DNA of 64,000 bases from Trichinella spiralis (lineage: Eukaryota): assembly GCF_000181795.1 (NCBI RefSeq), contig NW_003526941.1, positions 811,396 through 875,395 on the forward strand, in the 5' to 3' direction. The stretch's first letter is position 1, and each line of letters starts with the position of its first letter. This document shows positions 41,451 through 53,613 of the stretch, in pieces. The notes under the pieces were generated by a model that was given only the letters and a program-made list of their open reading frames with translations, was not told where the DNA came from and made no database searches. A program made the position numbers and the translations under genes.

Positions 41451-43097
41451 TGTCGATAATTAAGACTGAAAAAAATCATTTTTTAAACAAATAATAATTG
41501 AAATTTGGAAAAATCAGTTTTAACATCGCAACGCGGCAGTGAAAATGCGCACCGTCGACATTGACCCATCTCGGCAACGGTTCTAATTGATAAAATAAGT
41601 GAACAGAGCAGGCGCATGATTCAGCAAATGATCAATGGAAATTTATATTTTAACAATCGAATAACCATTGTACAGAAGTTCATTAGCCACAGTGTGGACA
41701 TGGTTCAATGGCCAATAAATATGTAGGAATAGTGGAAAAAAAGATATTTAAAAAATAAAGACACATGCTCGTGCAATAGACAGATAATGCAAATTTCCTC
41801 TTTAAATCAACAAATTTAGTTTAATTGTTGCTTTACACATCTGCTTGTCAGTCAGATGTGAGACATATGAAAATAAAAACACACATTTCATTGATACAAA
41901 CCGTTACAAATGATTAATCAAACAAAGATGAAACACTGGAAAATAATGAGTCATGGCTTCAACGAAGAATATACTATTTGATTAAACGTTGAGAGGAAGA
42001 TAGGCAGTTAGATAATTCGTGCAACTATACTTCAGTTGAAAATAATTCACAATTACACATTTCGAAAAGAAAATGAACATGCCACTAAAAGCACTGACAA
42101 AGGAAAAATGACAAAATGTGAAATATGGAAAACTGGTGTTGGCAAGGTCAATTTAACCAGACTCGTCGAACAATCAGAGGCAGAACTGACCGGATTTAAT
42201 TAAACCCAACCGAACAAAACTGCAATCGAGTTTTTAGCTATTTAAAAGGAACAAACTTATTCATACTTCAGCGTTAAACAACTAACAAACAAATAATTCA
42301 TGCGAGCATTACAAAATTCTATCTATGCATAACCAAAATATATCAAAATATGTTTCAAAAAAACAAAAAAAATTAACAGTGCAATATATCTGTTTCCAAG
42401 ATAATGGAAAGATGCAAGCGAAATAAACGACTGCAAACAAGTATAAAATAATTAAATTACAATTACTGATTACAACTTTCATTCGAGAACACTAAAATAT
42501 ATCGATGCAGCAAATAAATTTATCAAAAAAATTATCTACTTCAGCACTGCTGCCACCTTATCGCAACGCGAAACCTGGATAACACTATCTAAAATTGCTA
42601 TGCTACAGTATAACTGCAATTAGGCAAAATTTCTAATTCACTTCTGATGTTAAATTTATTATTTTTTTAACATTAGTATACTTTAATGTTTTTGAATATT
42701 TACGTTTAATATTATAAAATGTTGTTTATTTTTTGTAATGCGAACTGAACAAAAAACTGATTATTTCAAATAATGTTCTTTGTTTAACAAAAGAAATTAT
42801 TCAAAAAATAAATTTATTACATTTTAACTGAAAATTATATTTAATTTAGAGTAAAACAATTAAATTTCAATACGTTTAATTTTTAGCATCCTGCTTTTCA
42901 TATGCTAAAGTTACAAAAGTGCAAACTAATGCAACAATGAAAGCAGATGCGCTTTACGATGTGTTTTTGTTGTTTGATTAAAATTTGACAGTTTTGAAAA
43001 ATTAATTCCAATCAATATCAGCGAAAATTTCATTTTACTTTTCAATTTTGGAAATAAATACTTTTTCTTAGTATTTGTTTACATTTTGTTTATCAGT

Positions 43098-44917
43098 ATG
43101 AATTTATCTTTTGATGAAAAAGCCACTGCGTGCGAAAATTCAACTTCGAAGATATTTTCGTCGAAAATAGCATCTGAAAATGATTCTGTATATTCTTGGG
43201 ATACGAATGATGTGGCAAAATGGCTGATCGAAGAAGGTTTCGCCAGTTATGTCGATTTGATTAGCAAAAAGCATTCCATCGACGGGCTAGCGTTGATTAA
43301 TCTCTCAGAACAGGACCTACGTCAACCGCCACTTTCCCTTGACGTACTGGGCGATATTAAGCGACTTTCATTAGCCATAGCCCAGCTTAAAGAACGCGAA
43401 GAGAATGCCTACCTGCGACGTTCGGCAAAGAAATTCAGGTTTGTATAGAATGATACAAATGATACCGACTGCTACAATTTGCATTATTTTTTAAGAGTTT
43501 TTCATAATATTGAAGAACTGTCGGCGGAATTATTGATTGCAGAAGTTGAGTCGGCAGATACGCCGAATAAAAGTCTTTTAAAGACGTTTCTAGCTGGCCT
43601 GTACTTCATTGTTGTGGTTTTGGTAACATCTTTTGTTATGGTGATTGTTCACGATCGGTAGAAAAGAATTTTGCCTTTATTTTGTGAACTGTTTGCAATG
43701 CTTTTTTTTTGCTTTTTTCAAGTGTTCCCGATTGTAAAACGTATCCTCCTTTACCAGATATTTTTCTGGACAACATCCCATTGATCCCTTGGGCATTTGA
43801 TGTTTGCGAGGTTTTGGCAGTGATGCTCTGTTTAATTTGGGTAGTTGTAATATTGCTTCATCGTCACAGGTAATTTTTAAATGCAACATTAAAGTTATGT
43901 AAAAGTTTTCGTTTTTTCAAATTAGGCTTGTATTGATGCGACGTTGTTTTTCTTTGCTCGGTACCGTGTTTATGCTTCGATGTGTAACAATGATGATAAC
44001 ATCGTTATCAGTTCCTGGTCAACATTTGGAATGCCAAGCAGTACGTGCTGTTGTTATGTGACAGAGAATGAGTTTTTATTTATTTTTAAAATTGTTTACC
44101 GTTTGCAGCGCGTCACTGATTGGAATATGAAAATTTCCCATGCGTTTAAAATATGGTATGGACTTGGAATGTCATTGCTTAACGTTCGAACTTGCGGCGA
44201 TTACATGTTCAGTGGTCACACTACTGTTGTCACTATGCTCAATCACTTTATAACCGAATGTAAGCTGTGCATGGACATGTATATATTTTTGTTTTAATTT
44301 CAGATTGATTTAATGATATTTAAAAATGTTTTTTTTACTTTATTTTTAACAACCTGATTGTTTTTTTCTTTCATAATTTGAAAGGCTACAGTAACACATT
44401 TGAAAATTTACAGAAAAAAATTGAATGAATTTATATGTCAAAAAAATTGCAATTATTCATAAATTACTTTAGAATAGAATAGAATTGATTTATTTCAGAT
44501 ACTCCGGATAATTGGCGCCTATTGCATACGATGTCATGGGTGGCGAATTTGTTTGCCATCTTTTTCATTCTTGCCGCTCACGAACACTACAGTTTGGATG
44601 TGTTTGTAGCGTTTTATATCAGCTCAAGATTGTTCCTATATTATCATTCCCTCGCTTATCATGCTTCGGCAATATCTGCCGCAGACAGTAGAACTCGCAT
44701 TTGGTTTCCATTATTTTGGTTTTTCGAATCTGGTGGAAATGTTGGACGTGTGCCAAATGAATACGAATGGCCGTTTCCATCGGCTACGGTTATAAGAAAC
44801 TTTTGGAACGGTTCTTACTTTGTCCAGGCGTCGAAAATTGAACTATGCAAATTGCGTAAAATATATGCAGTGCATTGCACTCGGGCTCAGCAGTTGTTGA
44901 AAAGACGAAGAAATTAG
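43098..44917 (+). CDS. SAMD8: Sphingomyelin synthase-related protein (SAM + SMS catalytic domain), multi-exon
   Basis: SAM domain [10 protein letters not shown]...IDGLAL...[29 protein letters not shown] and AHEHYSLDV. Confidence 0.93.
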
Positions 44918-45252
44918 CGCAGTCTGAATTTCTGTAAAACATTTTCAAGTGGAGTTCAATTTCAAACGTAAGATTCGATTTTTGTTCAGTGCGTTTCTGT
45001 TTTGTATTAGATTGTTTTCTTTTTGTTATTATGAAAATGTTGTTGAATTGAAATTCAAATATTCCATTAATAAAGTATGTTTATTGAATTTTTAGTTTAT
45101 CGTATCGAAACGACCAAGTTTTATCAATGTCTGTTATGGTTTTAAAAATACCGTTTGAAATTTTCTTTATACCTTTTCCGTATGATGAGATGTGTTTATT
45201 CAAATGGTGGAAAAAGAAGAAATATTTCTCTTTTATGAATATTGATGAAAAA

Positions 45253-48200
45253 TTATGGCGTGGTCCGATTGGATGGAGATTTGAATATTATGTTCGTCGG
45301 TGTCAGCCGGGAAGCGTTGCTTGCTTGCGATGCTCTACCATCGTACAGATCATCAGTGTACAGTATTCCACTTTGTAAATGCTTCCACGTAGTGTTGTGC
45401 TTGTATGGAAAATATGTACCAGGTTGGTCTGAAAAGTATTCGTTTAATTTTCTATATTTTTTGTTTATAATTGTGAAACAAGTTTGTACCAATATTTCTC
45501 ATTTTATCTTCTCTGGTTTTGTTTATTACAGAAACCGGTCGTAGCGGTTTGAAATATGTGCCGGCGATATTTTCCTCTTCACTTTTCGCAAATCTCTGTC
45601 AAATTATGCAAATTTAACAACCATTTTCATATAGTACAGTTAAAATAGTACCTGTCTCAACAGTTCTTCACCGGAATCATCACTGTCCGTATTGTAAGTA
45701 TCGATTTGATTTTCAGCGACAGATTTTAAATTGTTCACTGTAAATTTTGTTCACAAGTGAATTTTAAATTTGAATATTTTGTAATTTTTCAAAATACCAG
45801 AATCAGCTTTTGGAAGTTTTGTTTTGAAGAACAAAAATTCCGGCAAGTTCCATTTTTGCGCATCACCGTCCCACACGGCTGCACGTTTGATGCTTTCCAA
45901 GTCCGCATAGTTCGAATCTTTCCTAATGCATGGCTTCACTTTGGCCAGCAGCTGCTGGTAAAGTTTCATTTGTTGATTTTGACGACGAATTGTTTCCAAA
46001 TAATCGACACGATCACGTTCAAATTCGCTTTGCAAATCTTCAATTTCTCTCTGTAAGTTCACGTTCACCTTTTGGGCATTGTCGAGCTTGTTTCTTATCG
46101 ATTCGAATTTGTCCTTGTCGGCGTTGAAATCTTCCATCTCGTCCGATTGGCCATTTTTGGTAGTTGCTGAAATATTTAAATCCATTCATTTGTGTAATGT
46201 TTAAAATTTTAATTTCTGTTACCCAGCAATTCTTTTCTGCGTCGTTCTGCTTCGTGTTTTTTACGCTTTCGCTTTTCTACTAAAGCAGTATTGTTTGTTT
46301 GTTCACCGCCGATCATTTGACGTTCGATTAATTTGAGCCTAAACAGTTGTAAAGCATTTCTTTTTCCAATATTAAGAATAGGAACTGTTGTAATTGTGAA
46401 AATTATACTTTTCAAGGGCTGCTTCAGCGTCGGCTACTCTCATCAATGGCTTAGTATTGTTAGTATTGTCTGAAAAAAATAATAATAATTCGTTTAAATA
46501 AAATTAAAAACGAGAAGAATAAAAATATATAACCTTGACTTAGCCGGCTAAGCGTTTGGCGATAGTTGTCTTGCATTTGACTAAGTTCATTTTCCAATTT
46601 GGCTTTGTTCATCTGTTCATCCAAATATTTTTGCTCTAAGCATGACATTTTTTGTTCATAATTCTGAAAATATATGGGATAATTTTCTCAAAATTTTCCA
46701 CAATTAAAACACCGATTAACCTCACGAATTTTTTCAATTTCATCCTTATCACCGGTTCCATTCACCGAAGAAATAGCATCTTAAAAAAGCAAAATTTTCT
46801 TCTATTTGTTATTTTGTGTTTCATTTTATTTGTTCACTTTGCATTTGAGCTTTGTCGAGTAGTTGTTTCAGACGGGCAATTTCTTCTTGATATTGTCTCA
46901 GTAGAGCATCTTTTGCATCTTCATTAATTCTCGGCTTGTTCCTTATGTTTTTCGCCCGATTTGCATAGCGCAGTGTGCTCAACGATTCGTCGTAATTATT
47001 ATCCGCCGGCGATATGCAAGCTATCATGATTGTTTTCGTATTGCCTCCAAGCGAGTCCTGGAAAATGCTGATGAATAGAAGGAGAGGGAAAATTTTTTCC
47101 AAAGCAACAACAAAGCAGACCTGCAATAGGCGAGTTAATTTTGAATCTCTGTAAGGGACGTGCGTGGATTTTCCGTCAACCAGAGCCGATATGACATTGC
47201 CAAGTGCAGACAGGGATAAATTGATCTTAGTAGCCTCTTTCAATCTTTCACCGGTTGCTCCTGAAATTGTTCTTGTTAATCACGGGGAATGGAAAAGTGA
47301 AAATTTTTTTTTTCAAATTATCACCAGTTTTCGATTGCCTTTCACTGCCGGCCAAATCGACCAGATGCAATTTGGCCATTTTAATATGCTGCCCGTCTTT
47401 TGCCATCTCGATCATTTCGAGGTGAAGCGTGAAGATGCTGTGCGAACGGGACGAGTCGGTATTCATCAACGTGGCGGCTGTGGCCCGGTTGCGCATCCCC
47501 CTCGCCAGCAGTTGTTCAACTTCGTTGATATTATGCACCGGATGCATGGACAAGCCTGCCACGTAAACCCCCTTTTCCGGATGTTCTTTGATTTCAAGTT
47601 TCTGCTTTGTATCTTTTCCCAACAAATCCCGAACATCTTCAATGTAAATCTGCAAATGTTTTGTTTTGAAAATGAAATTATAGCAAAAATATTTGTTCGA
47701 CAATAGCACGTGGAATTTAAGCTTCGACAACACTTCTTCAAGCAGAGGTTATCGATTCATGCTAACTGTTGTCATACAGAGAGCTATGCATTTATTGATT
47801 GTTTTCAAGTCATAGTAAATGGAAATATCTTCCTCTTTCCTGTTTCAAGCAGTTTCAAATTTCGGTAGCTGCATGTTTTTATTTTTATTATTTCAATTAT
47901 TCAACTGCTGCTTACTTCTAAATATGAAGCACAGACGAGGAATTTCACATTCTCGGTGGTGGCGATGGCTTCGAATATATGCTCAAATGCTCGAGGTACT
48001 ACACCACGTTGACAAGGCCAATTGTGCGGACCTTGCATTGTGAACGACTTACCAGAGCCAGTTTGTCCGTAAGCGAACACGGTTCCGTTGTAACCTTCGA
48101 GTACCGACTTGAAGGGAATATTTAAATTTATATTTATATATGTTCAAAATGTGTGCACTACGTTCAACAACAATTCCTCACCTCGACAAGCGGATATACA

Positions 48201-48415
48201 ATGTCGTTGTAGATATTTTCCGTGGTGGCGTTCATATCGTACGCGCCGTCGAAAGTGAACAATTTCGTCGTGCCCATCTTGTCCGACGGATTTCTGATCG
48301 AACACTGGGCACGTTTGGGATCCATTTCCACCACCACCGAGCAGCCGATTTTCAGTTCGCGTTGGCCTAACGGCCTGGACCGTACCACCACTTTTACACA
48401 TTCGGATGGCGACAT
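45253..48415 (-). CDS. osm-3: Homodimeric kinesin-2 (OSM-3/KIF17), multi-exon
   Basis: [22 protein letters not shown] and [10 protein letters not shown]; tail [26 protein letters not shown] and GILYTD resemble OSM-3/KIF17; stop at 45253. Confidence 0.92.
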
Positions 48416-48546
48416 TAGCTGACCATCGGTTCGATCAGCGGCACCGCTTTTTTTCACCGGTATGCATTTACAGCTTATACAATCGGCTTATATGACGCCG
48501 TCGACCGGATGCTCAAATTTGCGCGCACGCTTTTCACTCCATTCAC

Positions 48547-48560
48547 GTTGTCATAGCAAC
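48547..48560. promoter_or_regulatory. RFX/DAF-19 X-box
   Basis: GTTGTCATAGCAAC matches the GTHNYYATRRNAAC consensus, about 130 bp upstream of the osm-3 ATG. Confidence 0.75.
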
Positions 48561-49293
48561 CTGGTCGCATTGCTAAATCCACACACTCTATGCCAAATTT
48601 TCACGCTTGTTTAAATTTCCTAACATTTCTTTTTCTTTTTTATAAAAGAAATTTCTATTATTTTCTTTCATTGAAAAAAAGTGTTGAATTTTTCCGGTTC
48701 CTTGTTTTGTTTCAGAACATTTCAAATTTTTAAACAAAGCTTTTTTTAATTTTTTTAAAAAGACGTGAAAGTTTAAAATTCAAAGGTGAAGTATTTCTTT
48801 TTCAAAATTCAAAGAATACTATTTCGTTCCAATAGAGTATGTTTAATTTCGTACAGTATACTTAAATGATGCGCAAGTTGTGTTGTGAATGTGAATATTT
48901 TGAAAAGAGAAATAATTGCTTGTTTAGATAGATGTTGTCGTGTACGTGTGGAAAACACGGTGACGTACGTCAAGCCGTTGCAAACCGGTCGACCAATTTC
49001 GAGCTTCAGGCGCAGTTTTCTTGCCGGTTGATAAATGGGAACACTGCGTTGGCGAGCCTTTCTCTTTACTGTGCACTGTTTTCAGCACGTGTTGTGCGAC
49101 TGTTTTGTTGCTTTCCTTGTTTTTTTTTCGCTTCCATCCTCGTCCCACATAATAAACAAGCAGTTGGTGAAGTTTTTGTCAAGACAACAACTGCAGGCTT
49201 GGTCGACGTGGCGAGCCGAGTGGTTTCATTTCTCTATTTCTCTCTTTCTCTCTCTATTTCTCTTTCTCTTTGTAATTTGCAGTCGACAACAAA

Positions 49294-51094
49294 ATGTTGT
49301 TACTTTTCAACGTTTTGCTTGTTTTGCTTGCATCCGCGGTTGAGCTGAGCTGTGCATTTTTCGCACCTTGCCATGGTAAGTTTTCTTTGTTTTCTCTGTA
49401 ATTGTGGATTTCAACGGTTTTCTCATTGTTTCGTTCCGCTTCCAAGGTCCGAGTTCTATGGGCGAATCTTGTGACACGGACGCAGATTGCACCGGCTTCG
49501 GCGTAGCCTGTGTGCTTGGAAAGTGTCAGTGTGACTACGCTTATGATGTGTTGGAAAACGACCCGCAGACCGGTCTTCGCCAGTGTGTCAAGTGTATGCA
49601 TCTCGATTTTGGTCTCGTTTACTGTAGCGGTGTTCAGTTCTTGATTTTCAGTACCTGATACGATAGACGCGCCTTGTGATGATAAATGTCGGTTTCCGCT
49701 GTTCTGCGACAACAACCGATGTCGGTGTATTCGCTCCAAACAAGAGCACGGCCAGTGTTTTGTCGGTAAGAATTTGTCTTTGACGCATGATAGATAGATA
49801 GATAATGTTGTTGTTTCACTCACTGGGCGCAGTAATGCGGTGTCATTATTTATTTATTATCCACTCAGTTGAGTAGAGTGAATGGGAAAACTATTCGATC
49901 CAGTGTAATCAGTTGATGATTCCCTTGCAATGCATAGTTTTCAATTTTCAGACTCGCAGCTGGGTCAAAGTTGTAAGCGACATATTGAATGCACTCTGCC
50001 ATTTTCTGCTTGCATCAACAAGCGCTGCGACTGCGTGCAAGGCAGTGTTCGACGTGGAAACGCTTGCTATGCAGGTTAACTAGTGATTCAAATGTTCATT
50101 GATAATTTTTCATTCTAGCCCACTGGTAATTTGACTCTTTCAGCTGCAAAATGTCCCGATGGCTCCCGACCAGGTAACGCGTGCACGGTGCGTACAACTG
50201 AAGTTGAAGTGTTGCACAACGTGATCAATACGGCCGCGGTGTTGGATACGTGCGATAAAGGGAACTTTTGTTACACGGTGGACAATACTTTCAGCGGTCA
50301 CTGTTGTCCAGTAACGTGTCCACTTTCCACTAAGCCGGAACTGGACTATGTGTGCAGTGACAGGGGAAACGAACGGGGTGTAAAGTGTCCTTCGGAAACT
50401 CACTTCTGTCATCGTTTTGCAGGTATATTTTTCATTTTATTGTAAATATTGGTTTTTTTTTTGATAATTTTTTCAGGCATATCATTTTCATACGACGTGT
50501 GCTGCAGGCGACCGTGCCGAGAACCGAAACCGTTGTACATTCGAGGCAGTTGTTACAGTAGGGCTCACCTTGGTTCGCCTTGTGAAATTGATGAACAATG
50601 TGACGGTGGCTTGACCATGGAATGTTTGAACAGAGCTTGCTCTTGCCGGACTGGTTTCAAACCGGAACCGACTTCGCATTCGGCGACCGAAACTCCCCCG
50701 ATGACTTGCGTTCGGTCCAACTGTCCATCAGATTCGTTGGCACTGGACACGGAATGCGTGTCCAAAGTACGAATCGGTGAACAGTGCATGGCTTCGGTCC
50801 AATGTCCATCCAATGCGCACTGCTTTCGCGGTATGTGCTTCTGTCAGTGCGGCTTCACGCACCTCGGACACGAGTGTGTACCGGATCAACAAGTTGTCGA
50901 AGATCGACGTCCACTACTACCACAAGATCATTTATTAGGTGAATATTTTCAAAAGAAAAATATTGTTCTGTTTATGTTGAGAATAATGAAACATTTCAGG
51001 AATGAACAAACCAAACGGAGCTGGATCTGGCGGCAATTTATTTCAATTAATGAACAGTATATTGCAAGGAGTACGCGTTGGTGCATCCGGTTAA
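49294..51094 (+). CDS. Secreted cysteine-rich protein with EB-like modules, multi-exon
   Basis: Signal peptide MLLLFNVLLVLLASAVELSCA; repeated GxxC-x4-C...C-x4-CxC modules (GESCDTDADC, GQSCKRHIEC, GSPCEIDEQC, GEQCMASVQC); TAA ending at 51094. Confidence 0.8.
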
Positions 51095-51328
51095 GAAGAA
51101 CCATTATTAAAAATTCGATTACAATCACCACGTCTAGATTGCTACTTTGAATAACACATTAAAGAACAAACGAACGAACATGTATTATCTCTAAATAATA
51201 AATGTTTTCAACTTTGCAGGCACATACATATACATACATCTTTGTCACTGTCGTACCGCTTTTGAAAAAAGTTTGTCAAAGAAAGGATAAAAGCTGAGCT
51301 TGAAAAAATTCTGCTCTGCTCTACAGTA

Positions 51329-52964
51329 TCACAGATTATCCATAAACCACGGTTGACCATTGTTCTCTTGGCGAGCAGTCAACACCTCACAGCCGGCATC
51401 AGTAACCAAAATGGTGTGTTCAAATTGTGCTGAACGCTTGCCATCTACCGTCACCGCTGTCCATCTGTCTGGCCAAGATGTATCACGATAACTGCCACGA
51501 TTAATCATCGGTTCAATAGTAAAGCTGTGACCAGGTTTCATCACACCAACAGCTTTATTTTCTGAAAGAGACATTTCAAAATGTAAACAAAGAAAAACAA
51601 CCAAAACAAACAACAACTTACTCGAATAATGTGGTACGGTTGGAGCGGTATGGAACAGTCTAAAATTACAGAAGAAAAAAAAACCTAATACGATAACAGA
51701 AAAATGGAATTTCAGTATACCTGTGTATTCCATGTCCGCTGTACGATCTGACGACAGAGAAGCCATAGTGACGCACGTATTTTTCTATGACATCGCCAAT
51801 TTCACGATATTTCCGGCCCGGATGAACTACGAATATTGAACTTGATCATCATTTACGACAAAAAAATTCAGTAAGAGGAAAGCAAATTTGAAAAGTCCAC
51901 TTACCAATCTTGATAGCCTCGACTAACGATTCGTAAGTAACACGGACCAATTTTTTCGAATCATCGTCAACATTTCCAACGAAAAATGTTTCATTCAAAT
52001 CACCATGAAAACCTCGATGATAAACGGTCACGTCAACTAGAACAATGAATGAACTGTAAAATGGAAAAGAAAAAACCCAGTTGAAAATAAAATTACCCAC
52101 CATTAACAATGTCACCATCTTCGAGTGGGCGAAGGTCCGGTATGCCATGACAGATAACTTCGTTCACCGACGTACAACAAGAACGTGGAAAGCCAAGATA
52201 GCCCAATGGTGATGGATAACATTCGCGTTCGATGCACGCCTGAACAAATTGAAAAATTAGAATAAATTATTTTCTGAGTAGAAGAAGAAAACAAATTTCA
52301 CCTCATGTACAATGCGGTCAATTTCGTCAGTCGTCACACCGACATCGATGGCAGCAGCAGCTTCATTCAGCACTTCTCTTCCCAAACGACAAGCTAACCG
52401 CAAGCTTTCAATCTCTTCGTCGCACAAAATTCGAATGCCTCGATTTTTAGCATCGCGTTCCTCGTACGATATGCCGCCCAAAACATTCACATATTCTGGA
52501 CGTACAATTGAAAGCGGAACAAATCGTGGTACACCCTGAAGTGGAATTCCATCATGCAAACAAAACGGTCCACTCAAATTTCAACGTTACACAACCTGAG
52601 CATAGGCCCTCAGTTTGCCCGTATACGAGTATTCTGGATACAAAGTTTTGCTCGTTTGATTCACTGAAATTTTGGATGCACTAAATTTGCCATCAAGTAA
52701 ACGCAGAAGTGGACAAAAATTTTACTTGTTGCCAATTTGTGAATCTGCTTGTGATTTAACCAATCTTCTTTGAAGCAGTCCTGAAAAGTGTACTTCATCA
52801 ACTAAGAATAAACATTCTACCAATCGATCATCGATTAAACCATCGAAGCATACTTGACAACAGAAATATGATGGTTTCAAATTCAACTTTATGCATGTTG
52901 GGCATTTTAATTTCGCAACATTGTTGCACTCGGGTCTTTGGCATATCTGACTTTCCGTTGACAT
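51329..52964 (-). CDS. METAP1: Methionine aminopeptidase 1, multi-exon
   Basis: N-terminal Zn finger CPTC...[44 protein letters not shown] and SAQFEHT. Confidence 0.97.
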
Positions 52965-53613
52965 TCTAAACAACAATAACAATCTGAAAATCAACAAAAG
53001 CCCAAAAACTAAATCGCCAGATCACCAATCCCAACGAACGATGAAACCGTACGAGTGAAATAAAAGATAAGCAGGTTATTTCAAAAATAAAGTAAACAAA
53101 AACATAATAAATTATAAAAAATAGTGTTTTGACAACATTTTTGTTTTTAATAAAATATGTTTATTTTTTAACAATATTTTGTTTCATTTATTTGAATTTA
53201 ATTAATATTATGTACTGATTAAAGAATTAAAATGTAAGAAAAACATTGATTATTATGCTATTAGTTGAGTAAGCGTAGCACAAATGGAATTTTTATGCCT
53301 GTTTAAAACCGACTAATGCAATTGTAATTGTAATTTTGCAATAAACATGGAAGTTTTAAATGAGTAGTCATGATTTTTATTTAAAAAAATAAATTTCATT
53401 TAACATAGAATAAATTTTTTTAATAAATGACAATATTTTTTCATTTCGGGAAGTCTAGAAATTAAATTTCAACAAAATGCAAAAATTTGTACGTAAAAAT
53501 TTTGTTACTGTACTTACCGTACGAGTATTCCATGTTTCATGTAGTGATTTGATATTTGTTTGTTCTCCTTATTTTGTTGCATTTTAATTTTAATTGTACT
53601 AATAGCAGTAACG

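Noticed and set aside
47651..47915. Stem followed by ACA in an osm-3 intron
   Set aside because: No convincing upper stem or first hairpin and H box arrangement.
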